From NCBI RefSeq assembly GCF_000146505.1, contig NC_017448.1, positions 810,001-842,000 of the forward strand: a stretch of 32,000 bases of DNA, read 5' to 3'. Source of the stretch: Fibrobacter succinogenes subsp. succinogenes S85 (GTDB lineage: Bacteria > Fibrobacterota > Fibrobacteria > Fibrobacterales > Fibrobacteraceae). Both the position numbers and the translations under genes were made by a program. The notes beneath the pieces were generated by a model, which had not been told where the DNA came from, searched no databases, and saw only the letters and a program-made list of their open reading frames with translations. The first letter of the stretch is position 1; each line of letters starts with the position of its first letter. This document shows positions 24,911-32,000 of this stretch, one piece after another.

Positions 24911-25954
24911 TCACTCGTCCTTGATGCAACGAACAGAAAGCCACATTTCCTTACTTTCGGGATAAAGATCCATTGCAGGACCATGTTCCACATACATTTT
25001 ATTTTCGTTTCCATTAACTTGAGACGAACTCCAAAAATAAGCCCTCTCAGACTTATCGCCTTTATGATCTTCATAAACTGTTCGCTCTTCATAAATAAGT
25101 TTACCACCAACGTACCTAGGCGGTATATAGTACCCCTTACCAGCGGGTAATACAGAAAAACCAAAAGCGTCTATACCATATTTAGTATAATCCCAACCCG
25201 TTACACTTATGAGCATCTTAGCAGAGGGAAAGGCAAAAAAATCATTGACACCATAGTATTCTTCGCCTATAAATTTATTTAAAGCAACCCATTCAGCGTA
25301 GCTTGGTATATCCCATCCTTCAGGGCAAGCATCCTCAGCATCTTTCCAAGAATACAACCTCCCATATTTTTCACAGTTATGTTCATAATCACCATGACAA
25401 TGACTTTCAGCTGTTTTATAGTTCAAATTAGCAGCCATCCAAACACGCGATCCGATAACCACAACAGGATACTTTTGTCCATCTCTAGGATCTGTGAAAA
25501 ATTTCGTATGAACATATCGCCCATCCTTAATTTCCCCCTTAGATACAAGCTTTCCTCCTCTATACACCTTTACAGGTCCTTCGATAAAATCATTTTTATA
25601 GGTGTATTCCACCACTACATTTCCATGCTCAAGAACTTCCTTAAAAGTACCATTTTTCAAATCATGGTCATAAGAGCCCTCCAAAACAAGGGATCCGTTC
25701 TTACTATACTCCTTAAAGACTCCATTCTTCAGTCCATTTTCATACGTTCCCTCCTTAACAAGGATGCCCATTCTATTAAACTGCTTAAAAGAGCCATCCA
25801 TTTTTCCAGTAGTCCTGTCCACCTCAAAAACCTTGAATGGTTTTGAACCGTCTTTGTCATAATATTCGTAATGTGTATCGTGATCCTTACAAGCACCAAG
25901 ACACACTGCCAAAAGAGTCAATACAATCATCCATTGTATTTTTGCATCTTTCAT
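24911..25954 (-). CDS. lipoprotein with MORN-variant (YwqK-like) repeats fused to a FISUMP domain
   Basis: Lipobox CLGAC. Repeats GSFKQFNRMGILVKEGTYENGLKNGVFKEYSKNGSLVLEGSYDHDLKNGTFKE. Then DPRDGQKYPVVVIGSRVWMAANLNYK...GRLYSWKDAEDACPEGWDIPSYAEWVAL...YFWSSS...LSVRCIKDE. SD AAGGAAGGA upstream. Confidence 0.8.
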   Translation of the reverse strand: MKDAKIQWMIVLTLLAVCLGACKDHDTHYEYYDKDGSKPFKVFEVDRTTGKMDGSFKQFNRMGILVKEGTYENGLKNGVFKEYSKNGSLVLEGSYDHDLKNGTFKEVLEHGNVVVEYTYKNDFIEGPVKVYRGGKLVSKGEIKDGRYVHTKFFTDPRDGQKYPVVVIGSRVWMAANLNYKTAESHCHGDYEHNCEKYGRLYSWKDAEDACPEGWDIPSYAEWVALNKFIGEEYYGVNDFFAFPSAKMLISVTGWDYTKYGIDAFGFSVLPAGKGYYIPPRYVGGKLIYEERTVYEDHKGDKSERAYFWSSSQVNGNENKMYVEHGPAMDLYPESKEMWLSVRCIKDE

Positions 25955-25971
25955 ATTTTATCCTTCCTTGA

Positions 25972-26826
25972 TTAAAGATTTTTAAATTTTTTATAACAAA
26001 AAAGCCCATACTCTTCCATTGACTTATACGCATTCGTTAATCCCTGACTTGCAAAAGTGTGAGCAATAAGAAGTTTTCTCCAAGCACCATCATATTTCAA
26101 ATGAACAACAATGCAACGTTTATTTATTTTATCTGTATTATCACATTTTTTCGGATCTTCAAATTCAATTTCTAGTTTACCCTCTTCTTTCATCTTCCTC
26201 AGCAAAGATTCAAAAATTTGTCCACAAAGTATTACATACTTTCGCTCTCTTGAAAAAATTTCATCTAAACAATCTTCAAAATACGGGACCAACAAATCGA
26301 GTTCTTCAGTTCTCACTTTAAAGCTTTGAGATGCAAAAGGAACTAGCTCTAGCTGAAGCTTTTTAAGCAGGACATTTCTCTTTGCAAGCAATTTATTCTG
26401 TATACAATCAAAATCTTTCGGAAGATCAATACCACTATCCGGCCACGATTTCAAAAAAGCGGCCTGCTTAACATCAAAAGCATCATACCTATAACATTCA
26501 GGCCAATAATCCGCATAATTCGTCTTATAACTCTTGTAATCTTCAATGAATTTGTCTATAGATTCATCATTCCAGTCATCACGTTTCCAACTTCTTGATA
26601 TTTTTGAAAATCTTTCATCAGCTTCTGTAGCATCGCACCCCGGATTCAACATAACCATAACCGTAAATGCATCTCTATCACCACAAAAATGCGAAGGTTC
26701 TCCCTTTTCAGAAACCTTTTGAGACAATTTTTTATTGAGATTGACTGCGCGACAAATTCTTTTACCCTTTAATAGGTTTTTAAGATCTTCCCTGATCCTA
26801 TCATCTAATTTTGTCATCGCTAGCAT
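25972..26826 (-). CDS. cytosolic protein of unknown function (motif order faintly reminiscent of the UDG superfamily)
   Basis: Start ATG 26826 or 26817; the ORF-track start 26859 is TTG. No signal peptide. The stop is 17 nt upstream of the next gene's ATG, so it is probably the first gene of the operon. Motifs FCGDRDAFTVMVMLNPG ... LELVPFASQSF ... YVILCGQIFESLL ... LLIAHTFASQGL. Confidence 0.6.
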   Translation of the reverse strand: MLAMTKLDDRIREDLKNLLKGKRICRAVNLNKKLSQKVSEKGEPSHFCGDRDAFTVMVMLNPGCDATEADERFSKISRSWKRDDWNDESIDKFIEDYKSYKTNYADYWPECYRYDAFDVKQAAFLKSWPDSGIDLPKDFDCIQNKLLAKRNVLLKKLQLELVPFASQSFKVRTEELDLLVPYFEDCLDEIFSRERKYVILCGQIFESLLRKMKEEGKLEIEFEDPKKCDNTDKINKRCIVVHLKYDGAWRKLLIAHTFASQGLTNAYKSMEEYGLFCYKKFKNL

Positions 26827-26938
26827 TCCTGTAAACTTTTTAACACCAAATATAAACAATTAAACAATGAAAAATCAAAAAAGCGCTCACCAAGCCCTCC
26901 CCTCTTCCCCAAATCGCAAAAATTTCTAAATTTGGGCT

Positions 26939-27940
26939 ATGTTCTTAGACGAAAAAAATATTGAAGTTCGCTCCGGCAGAGGCGGTGACGGCATCTGCAG
27001 TTTCCATCGTGAAAAGTTTGTACCCCTCGGCGGTCCCGATGGCGGTGATGGCGGTCGTGGCGGTCACGTGATTTTGCAGGTGAACGAGCGGTACACCACG
27101 CTTCTCGACATGGGCAACACGCACATTTACAAGGCAAAGAGCGGTCAGCCCGGTGGCGCCAAGCGCTGCTCCGGTGCATCTGCCGAAGATTTGATTATTA
27201 GCGTTCCGCGCGGCACAATCGTCAAGGACGAACAGGGCCATATCCTCACGGACTTGACCGAACCGGGCCAGAAGTGGATTGCGGCTCGCGGCGGCAAGGG
27301 CGGCATGGGCAACCAGCATTTCGCAACTCCGAAGGTGCAAGCTCCGCGCAAATGCACTCCGGGTGAAAAGGGCGAAGTCCGCCAACTGTTCCTCGAACTC
27401 AAGCTCATGGCAGACGTGGGTCTCGTAGGCTTCCCGAACGCAGGCAAGTCCAGCCTTGTGAACAAGATTTCTAGCGGACGCCCGAAGGTTGGCGACTATC
27501 CGTTTACAACGCTTGAACCGGTGCTCGGCATCGTCCAGGTGAACGGCCACAGCTTTGTGGTTGCCGATATTCCGGGTCTCTTGGAAGGCGCAAGCGAAGG
27601 CAAGGGTCTTGGCCACCAGTTCCTCAAGCATATCGAACGTACGCACACGTTGCTCTTTGTGATTGACGGTTTTGCCGAAAACGCCTACGAGCAGTTCAAG
27701 GTTCTCAAGGAAGAGCTCAAGGCATTCCACCCGAAGCTTGCCGAAAAGAACTTTGTCGTTGCACTCAACAAGAGCGACCTCGGCATCGAAAACGCCATCA
27801 AGGAATTCAAGAAGCACCGCCAGAAAGTGGTCATCACATCGGCTGTCACTGGCGAAGGTTGCGCTGAATTGCAGCAGGCTTTGGACGCTGCGGTCCCCCA
27901 TATGCACAAAAAAAGCATCGGTTGGAGCAAAAAAGCGTAA
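26939..27940 (+). CDS. obg: GTPase Obg/CgtA
   Basis: Glycine-rich Obg fold GRGGDGICSFHREKFVPLGGPDGGDGGRGGHV, then G1 GFPNAGKSS, G3 DIPGLLEGA and G4 NKSD. Confidence 0.95.
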   Translation: MFLDEKNIEVRSGRGGDGICSFHREKFVPLGGPDGGDGGRGGHVILQVNERYTTLLDMGNTHIYKAKSGQPGGAKRCSGASAEDLIISVPRGTIVKDEQGHILTDLTEPGQKWIAARGGKGGMGNQHFATPKVQAPRKCTPGEKGEVRQLFLELKLMADVGLVGFPNAGKSSLVNKISSGRPKVGDYPFTTLEPVLGIVQVNGHSFVVADIPGLLEGASEGKGLGHQFLKHIERTHTLLFVIDGFAENAYEQFKVLKEELKAFHPKLAEKNFVVALNKSDLGIENAIKEFKKHRQKVVITSAVTGEGCAELQQALDAAVPHMHKKSIGWSKKA

Positions 27941-27972
27941 CGGTTGCTTAAAATTATTGTAAATTCTTTAAT

Positions 27973-28323
27973 ATGAAGGCGACTCAGTCCAACATAACTA
28001 AGAAGGAAATCGTTGATGAAATCGCTTCCCAGACTGGATTTACGCAAGTAAAAACCAAAGTCATCGTGGAAGAACTCATCGACGCTATTTCCAATTGCGT
28101 TATCGAGGGCAACAATATCGAGTTGCGTGGATTCGGTCGCTTCAAGAATAAACAGCGCAAGGAACGCCGCACCCGGAACCCCAAGACTGGCGAGCTGGTC
28201 AATATCCCCGCCAAGGTGCGCCCGGTGTTTGAGCCCAGCAAGGACTTGATTGAAAAAATCAACAACGTTCCTTTCGACTTAGAAGAGGCTTTTGTCCCTA
28301 AAGATGATCAAGAAAGAATCTAG
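27973..28323 (+). CDS. HU/IHF-family DNA-binding protein with N- and C-terminal extensions
   Basis: KKEIVDEIASQTGFTQVKTKVIVEELIDAI...IELRGFGRFKNKQRKERRTRNPKTGELVNIPAKVRPVFEPSKDL is the bacterial histone-like fold with the RNPxTGE arm. Confidence 0.85.
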   Translation: MKATQSNITKKEIVDEIASQTGFTQVKTKVIVEELIDAISNCVIEGNNIELRGFGRFKNKQRKERRTRNPKTGELVNIPAKVRPVFEPSKDLIEKINNVPFDLEEAFVPKDDQERI

Positions 28324-28774
28324 TACGCCCGTTATCCAGAACCGCAAGGCGAACCACCTCTATTTTGTAGATGAAACTTTTGAAGTGGGAATCATGCTCA
28401 TCGGTTCGGAAGTGAAGTCTATCCGTAACGGCAAATGCACTCTGGGCGAAGCGTGGATTGATATCGACGAAAACAAGGATGAACTCTGGCTCGTCGGTGC
28501 GCATATCGATGAATACCTTTTCGCAAACCGTTTCAACCATTTCCCTGCACGCAGGAGAAAGCTCCTCGCCCACACGCACGAAATCCAGAAAATGCGCAAG
28601 GCGAAGGAATTGAAGGGTTGCACGATCATCCCGCTGAAAATGTACTTTAAGAACCGTATTGCAAAACTCGAAGTAGGAATATGCCGAGGCAAGGATCAAC
28701 ACGACAAGCGACAGGACATTCTAGTCCGCGACGCCAAGATGGAAATGGCTCGCGCCGCCAAGGCTCATCGCTAA
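28304..28774 (+). CDS. smpB: SsrA-binding protein SmpB
   Basis: ATG at 28304. IQNRKANHLYFV, LIGSEVKSIRNG, and the C-terminal basic tail GKDQHDKRQDILVRDAKMEMARAAK. It overlaps the HU-family gene by 20 nt. Confidence 0.9.
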   Translation: MIKKESSTPVIQNRKANHLYFVDETFEVGIMLIGSEVKSIRNGKCTLGEAWIDIDENKDELWLVGAHIDEYLFANRFNHFPARRRKLLAHTHEIQKMRKAKELKGCTIIPLKMYFKNRIAKLEVGICRGKDQHDKRQDILVRDAKMEMARAAKAHR

Positions 28775-29871
28775 TTTTAGCTTTACTGCTAGTCGCATGT
28801 AACTTGGCCCTCGCTGCTACGGCAAGGGTCGATGTGGAGTCTGTCGCCCGCGAAATCAAGGGTTCGTTCCACTGGTATCCGGTACAAAAGACATTCTCGA
28901 TTGTTTCTGCGAAGGACACGCTCAAGTTCGCCGTCGGCATTCCGTACATGACGCGCAACGGTCGCACGATTGATTTGTCGGCAGCGCCGGAACTTGATAA
29001 CGGACACCTTTGGATTGCCGAGAACGATGCCAAGAAGATTTCTAATAAAATTGAGGCAGCCAAGCCGGTTGCAAAACCAGCCGAACAGAAACCTGCACAG
29101 CCGGTTGTCGTAAAGCCGAAGACTCCAAAGCAAGAAATCGCAGGCACGCGCGAAGTCCGCACCATCGTGATTGACCCCGGACACGGAGGCAAGGATCCCG
29201 GCGCTTCGGGCAAGAAGTCCCAAGAAAAAGATATCGTTCTCGCCGTTGCAAAGCTCTTGCGCAAGAACCTCGCGGACGAAGGCTTCAACGTGAAGCTCAC
29301 CCGCAGCAAGGACGTTTTCATTGAATTACGCCAGCGCGCCATGCTCGCAAACCAGTGGGATGGCGACCTCTTCATCAGCCTGCACTGCAACGCCATCGAT
29401 GCAAGCGAAGAGCGCAAGAAGATTATCCAGGGCTACCAGTTCTACGTGCTGCGCGCCCCGGAAAGCGAAGAAGACAAAGCGATAGCCCGTCGTGAAAACG
29501 CGGTTGCCACGCTCTACGGCGAAAAGAACGCCAAGGACGAACTTTCACCGCTAGAATGGTTCAAGCTCGAAGCTCGCCTCGAACAGTACAAACAAACTAG
29601 CTACCTCTTCACTGAGAAATTGCTAGACAGTTTTGATGGCGGAAAAATCAAGAAGATGAACACAGGCGTCGGCGGTGCGGGATTCATGGTTCTCGTAGGC
29701 GCAATGATGCCAGCCGTGCTCATTGAACTAGGCTTTATCAGCAACGAAGAAGACGAAGCTTACATGATGACAAAGGCAGGCCAGCAAGACCTTGCCGACC
29801 GCATCGCACAAGCTGTCAGCAAGTACAAGGACGCCGTCCACACCTACCGCGAAACACTAGGTAGAAACTAG
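28681..29871 (+). CDS. N-acetylmuramoyl-L-alanine amidase (Amidase_3, AmiA/AmiC-like)
   Basis: Catalytic domain VIDPGHGGKDPGASG...DIVLAVAKLL...FISLHCNA...VLIELGFISNEED. The only in-frame ATG is at 28681, inside smpB. The N-region contains SRRQG followed by a hydrophobic stretch and a lipobox-like LVAC. The start is uncertain. Confidence 0.8.
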   Translation: MPRQGSTRQATGHSSPRRQDGNGSRRQGSSLILALLLVACNLALAATARVDVESVAREIKGSFHWYPVQKTFSIVSAKDTLKFAVGIPYMTRNGRTIDLSAAPELDNGHLWIAENDAKKISNKIEAAKPVAKPAEQKPAQPVVVKPKTPKQEIAGTREVRTIVIDPGHGGKDPGASGKKSQEKDIVLAVAKLLRKNLADEGFNVKLTRSKDVFIELRQRAMLANQWDGDLFISLHCNAIDASEERKKIIQGYQFYVLRAPESEEDKAIARRENAVATLYGEKNAKDELSPLEWFKLEARLEQYKQTSYLFTEKLLDSFDGGKIKKMNTGVGGAGFMVLVGAMMPAVLIELGFISNEEDEAYMMTKAGQQDLADRIAQAVSKYKDAVHTYRETLGRN

Positions 29872-29879
29872 ACGAAAAA

Positions 29880-29908
29880 AGGAATCCGCAAGATTTGACT
29901 GGATTCCT
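29880..29908 (-). terminator. intrinsic terminator between convergent genes
   Basis: Stem AGGAATCC / GGATTCCT with a 13-nt loop. On the minus strand it is followed by TTTTTT. Confidence 0.55.
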
Positions 29909-29947
29909 CGTTACACTCGGAATGACGTGAAAGAATTAGCCCGAAAA

Positions 29948-31051
29948 CTATTTCGCAGCCTTTGAATTTTTCTCAATGATTTCAAGGCATTCTGCCAAAA
30001 TTGCATCATACTTTTGTTTGTAGCGCTCCGTTATCACGGGCGTGCCATCTTCGCAAGTCTTGGTCTTGGCGATGTAGCCACGGAACCAATTTTTGGAATC
30101 TATTTTATAATAATAATCATCCCACAAAAGATCCGGTGAATACGGCGCAATGGCAATGGCAACCTCTTCATCTGAATCATATAAATAAACATAGAGTTCA
30201 TGTGGAGTCGAATTCTTCAATGTTTTCTGTTCTCGATCCAAAAGACTTTCCAAATATGTCCGCTCCGTTTCTGACAAAACATCGTCTTTGAGTTTTTGTT
30301 CAATTATTTCATACAGCTCTTTTTGGACATCTGCTAGGATGCCCGTAAATGGAAGAAAATCCTCTTGAGGACAATTACGAATCATTTCTTCTGATGAACT
30401 GGAGCTTTGAGCCCCAGAACTAGAACTTATCCCATGCGCTTCATCATATTCAGCAACATTTGTATAAACTAGATTATCTTCTAACCGATATTCTCTATAA
30501 GTACTATCATTGGTACACTCATAAGCGGTTTCAAAAAGAATCGGATTTGGACAAGGATTAAAAGGAACTCCATAGAGCAAACCTGAAGCGTACTCCATAG
30601 CCCTACATGATTCAAGTCCAAATTCGGCCCGCTCCAATTCATTTTTAGAAATAATTCCATTGGTTTCCAAATCGCGTTTAGCCGCATCACAACTTTCGTA
30701 ACAATAGCGATACGCTGGGTAAAGCGTTTGCTTGCAGCCAACAGATGGATCTCTAGCTAATACATAACCAGCAGAACTCGAACTGCTGTTAGCGCCAGAC
30801 GAACTTTCAACGCCCGACGAACTCGATGCGGATTCAGAAGAAGAACTTTGCGGTGGCGTATCGGAAGAGCTTGATTCAGGCGCTACTGCAGAACTTGATA
30901 ATTCGCTAGAGCTACTTTCATTTGCATCAGACGATGAATCAGGATTTGCTGATGGCGACATCGGAAATTGCGGATTTGAATCCGAACAACTCGCCCAGAA
31001 AAGCGAAGCAACAGTCAAACTAAACAAGCGAATAAATTTATGGATAGTCAT
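29948..31051 (-). CDS. lipoprotein with long Ser-rich linker, unknown function
   Basis: ATG at 31051 (MTIHKFIRLFSLTVASLFWASCS, lipobox ASC). About 90 aa of Ser-rich low complexity, a Cys-containing middle domain, a second Ser stretch and an acidic C-terminal domain. Confidence 0.65.
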   Translation of the reverse strand: MTIHKFIRLFSLTVASLFWASCSDSNPQFPMSPSANPDSSSDANESSSSELSSSAVAPESSSSDTPPQSSSSESASSSSGVESSSGANSSSSSAGYVLARDPSVGCKQTLYPAYRYCYESCDAAKRDLETNGIISKNELERAEFGLESCRAMEYASGLLYGVPFNPCPNPILFETAYECTNDSTYREYRLEDNLVYTNVAEYDEAHGISSSSGAQSSSSSEEMIRNCPQEDFLPFTGILADVQKELYEIIEQKLKDDVLSETERTYLESLLDREQKTLKNSTPHELYVYLYDSDEEVAIAIAPYSPDLLWDDYYYKIDSKNWFRGYIAKTKTCEDGTPVITERYKQKYDAILAECLEIIEKNSKAAK

Positions 31052-31080
31052 AGCAAATTCTTCTTTAAATCCTCGCAAAA

Positions 31081-31875
31081 TCAATGGCGATAAATTCGGT
31101 CACCCTCAACGCGAACGCCTTTTGCCGTAAGACCACTTGCAGATTGTCCGTTGACTAAATACGGTTTTGCAACTGGCTTAACTTTATTCCTATTACGAAC
31201 TGGTTTTACAATAGGTGAAGGCGGCAAAACACCTTTTCCAACAGGCAATTCGCCGCTATATGACGGAATTTTGCTAAACGTGGGCGTACCGTCATCTTGG
31301 AAAATACATTGGTGAACATAATAAGCCGGGAATCCTTGCTTTGTCACCCTATAATTCCAATCATACACCGTATCGTACACAGTTATATATTGGCACAACG
31401 CGTAATACGAAGAGTCCTTTTTATACACAAAATAATTCGTATCATTCGCCGTACTATTTTTTAATGAGTGCTTATATGATTCCGTCAAGGAATGCCAACT
31501 ACCGTCCCGTTCCTCATAAAAAGCCAAAGAATCATTCAAATCGAGAGTAGTCCCTTCTTTTAAAGCATCCTTTGAATTGACACTCCAAAAATTTTGGTCA
31601 TATTCAAAAAAGGCGACGTTTTTCATTGTAAAATTACAAGCCCCATATAAAATGCCACAAACGCAAGCAGCATCCCACAGCCAAACACTATAGCCTTTGC
31701 CATTTTCAAAAACAACGCTGTCTTTAGAAAATCCCCAAACAGGATTATCAATATAATCCGAGGAACTCAAATTCACTATAAAAGACTGTTCCCATTCTTT
31801 TGCTTGAGCCGTACCAAGTCCCATCACAAAAGCAACAGCCAGTCCAGACAAGAATAAACTTTTTATGTTTTTCAT
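31081..31875 (-). CDS. secreted protein, unknown function
   Basis: ATG at 31875, 7 nt after GGAGAG. Signal peptide MKNIKSLFLSGLAVAFVMGLGTAQA. The stop lies 29 nt upstream of the downstream lipoprotein ATG at 31051 (it overlaps only that ORF's upstream TTG at 31084), consistent with an operon. Confidence 0.6.
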   Translation of the reverse strand: MKNIKSLFLSGLAVAFVMGLGTAQAKEWEQSFIVNLSSSDYIDNPVWGFSKDSVVFENGKGYSVWLWDAACVCGILYGACNFTMKNVAFFEYDQNFWSVNSKDALKEGTTLDLNDSLAFYEERDGSWHSLTESYKHSLKNSTANDTNYFVYKKDSSYYALCQYITVYDTVYDWNYRVTKQGFPAYYVHQCIFQDDGTPTFSKIPSYSGELPVGKGVLPPSPIVKPVRNRNKVKPVAKPYLVNGQSASGLTAKGVRVEGDRIYRH

Positions 31876-32000
31876 TCCCATTCTCTCCTTTTTTAACAAT
31901 ATACAATTTGCTCAAATAAATTCATACGCAAGATGTTTTTATTTTACAAATTGAATTTCCAGGAACATGAAACAAAATTTTATTCAGCCTTTTTTAATTC

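Noticed and set aside
21398-25954. Possible diversity-generating retroelement (DGR) targeting the lectin-like FISUMP domains.
   Set aside because: The window contains no reverse-transcriptase gene. I could find no ~100-bp template/variable repeat pair differing at adenines. The C-terminal parts of the three FISUMP domains differ throughout rather than at patterned sites.
26945-27907. 320-aa ORF antisense to obg. Similar long antisense or overlapping ORFs lie at 20165-20896 (opposite argC), 28647-29417 (opposite the amidase), 5582-6187 (opposite nspC), 12016-12576 and 14539-15003 (opposite the EAL gene), and 8012-8584.
   Set aside because: Each lies entirely within a gene whose product has strong, recognisable family motifs. 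The translations are low-complexity (Arg/Ala/Val/His-rich) with no recognisable motifs. Such stop-free antisense frames are expected in GC-rich, codon-biased genes.
28775-29000. Looked for tmRNA (ssrA) next to smpB.
   Set aside because: There is no non-coding space, because the amidase ORF covers the region. No tRNA-like acceptor/T-arm sequence or ANDENYALAA-type tag reading frame was seen.

Overview
The window looks like chromosomal DNA from a Fibrobacter-type organism, probably F. succinogenes or a close relative. The basis is three genes carrying the 'Fibrobacter succinogenes major paralogous domain' (FISUMP/TIGR02145-like: WMAENL...GRLY(T/S)W...CPEGW(H/D)IP...EW) and a glycoside hydrolase with a T9SS-like C-terminal tail. 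Most of the window is ordinary housekeeping: nspC, tsaE, sufE-like, radA, rlmN, argC, obg, an HU-family gene, smpB, a cell-wall amidase, a GNAT, an SDR, a TPMT-like methyltransferase and a YchJ-like protein. These genes are relatively GC-rich, which also produces many long spurious antisense ORFs. Three visibly more AT-rich accessory patches interrupt this backbone. (i) About 3.5-4.75 kb holds an orphan RelA/SpoT-domain (toxSAS-like) gene with no partner gene. (ii) About 21.2-26.9 kb is a minus-strand island. It starts with an operon encoding a cytosolic 284-aa protein of unknown function (motif order faintly reminiscent of the uracil-DNA-glycosylase superfamily) and two secreted FISUMP proteins fused to different modules (MORN-variant repeats; a TonB-C/AgmX-like domain). 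This is followed by a 389-bp tandem duplication encoding two near-identical 72-aa charged proteins, each with its own promoter-like box and palindrome. A third FISUMP lipoprotein comes next, and then a decayed third copy of the small-gene module that may now be a small RNA. (iii) About 29.9-31.9 kb holds a pair of secreted proteins of unknown function. The window centre is occupied by a 1321-aa c-di-GMP signalling protein with an unusual domain order: PAS-like, degenerate GGDEF, intact EAL, PAS-like, atypical REC, PAS, unknown. Two intergenic heptanucleotide (TTAG-N3) tandem arrays place stop codons in all frames. I found no rRNA, tRNA, CRISPR array, transposase or integrase. All functional calls come from reading motifs by eye, because no database search was possible.
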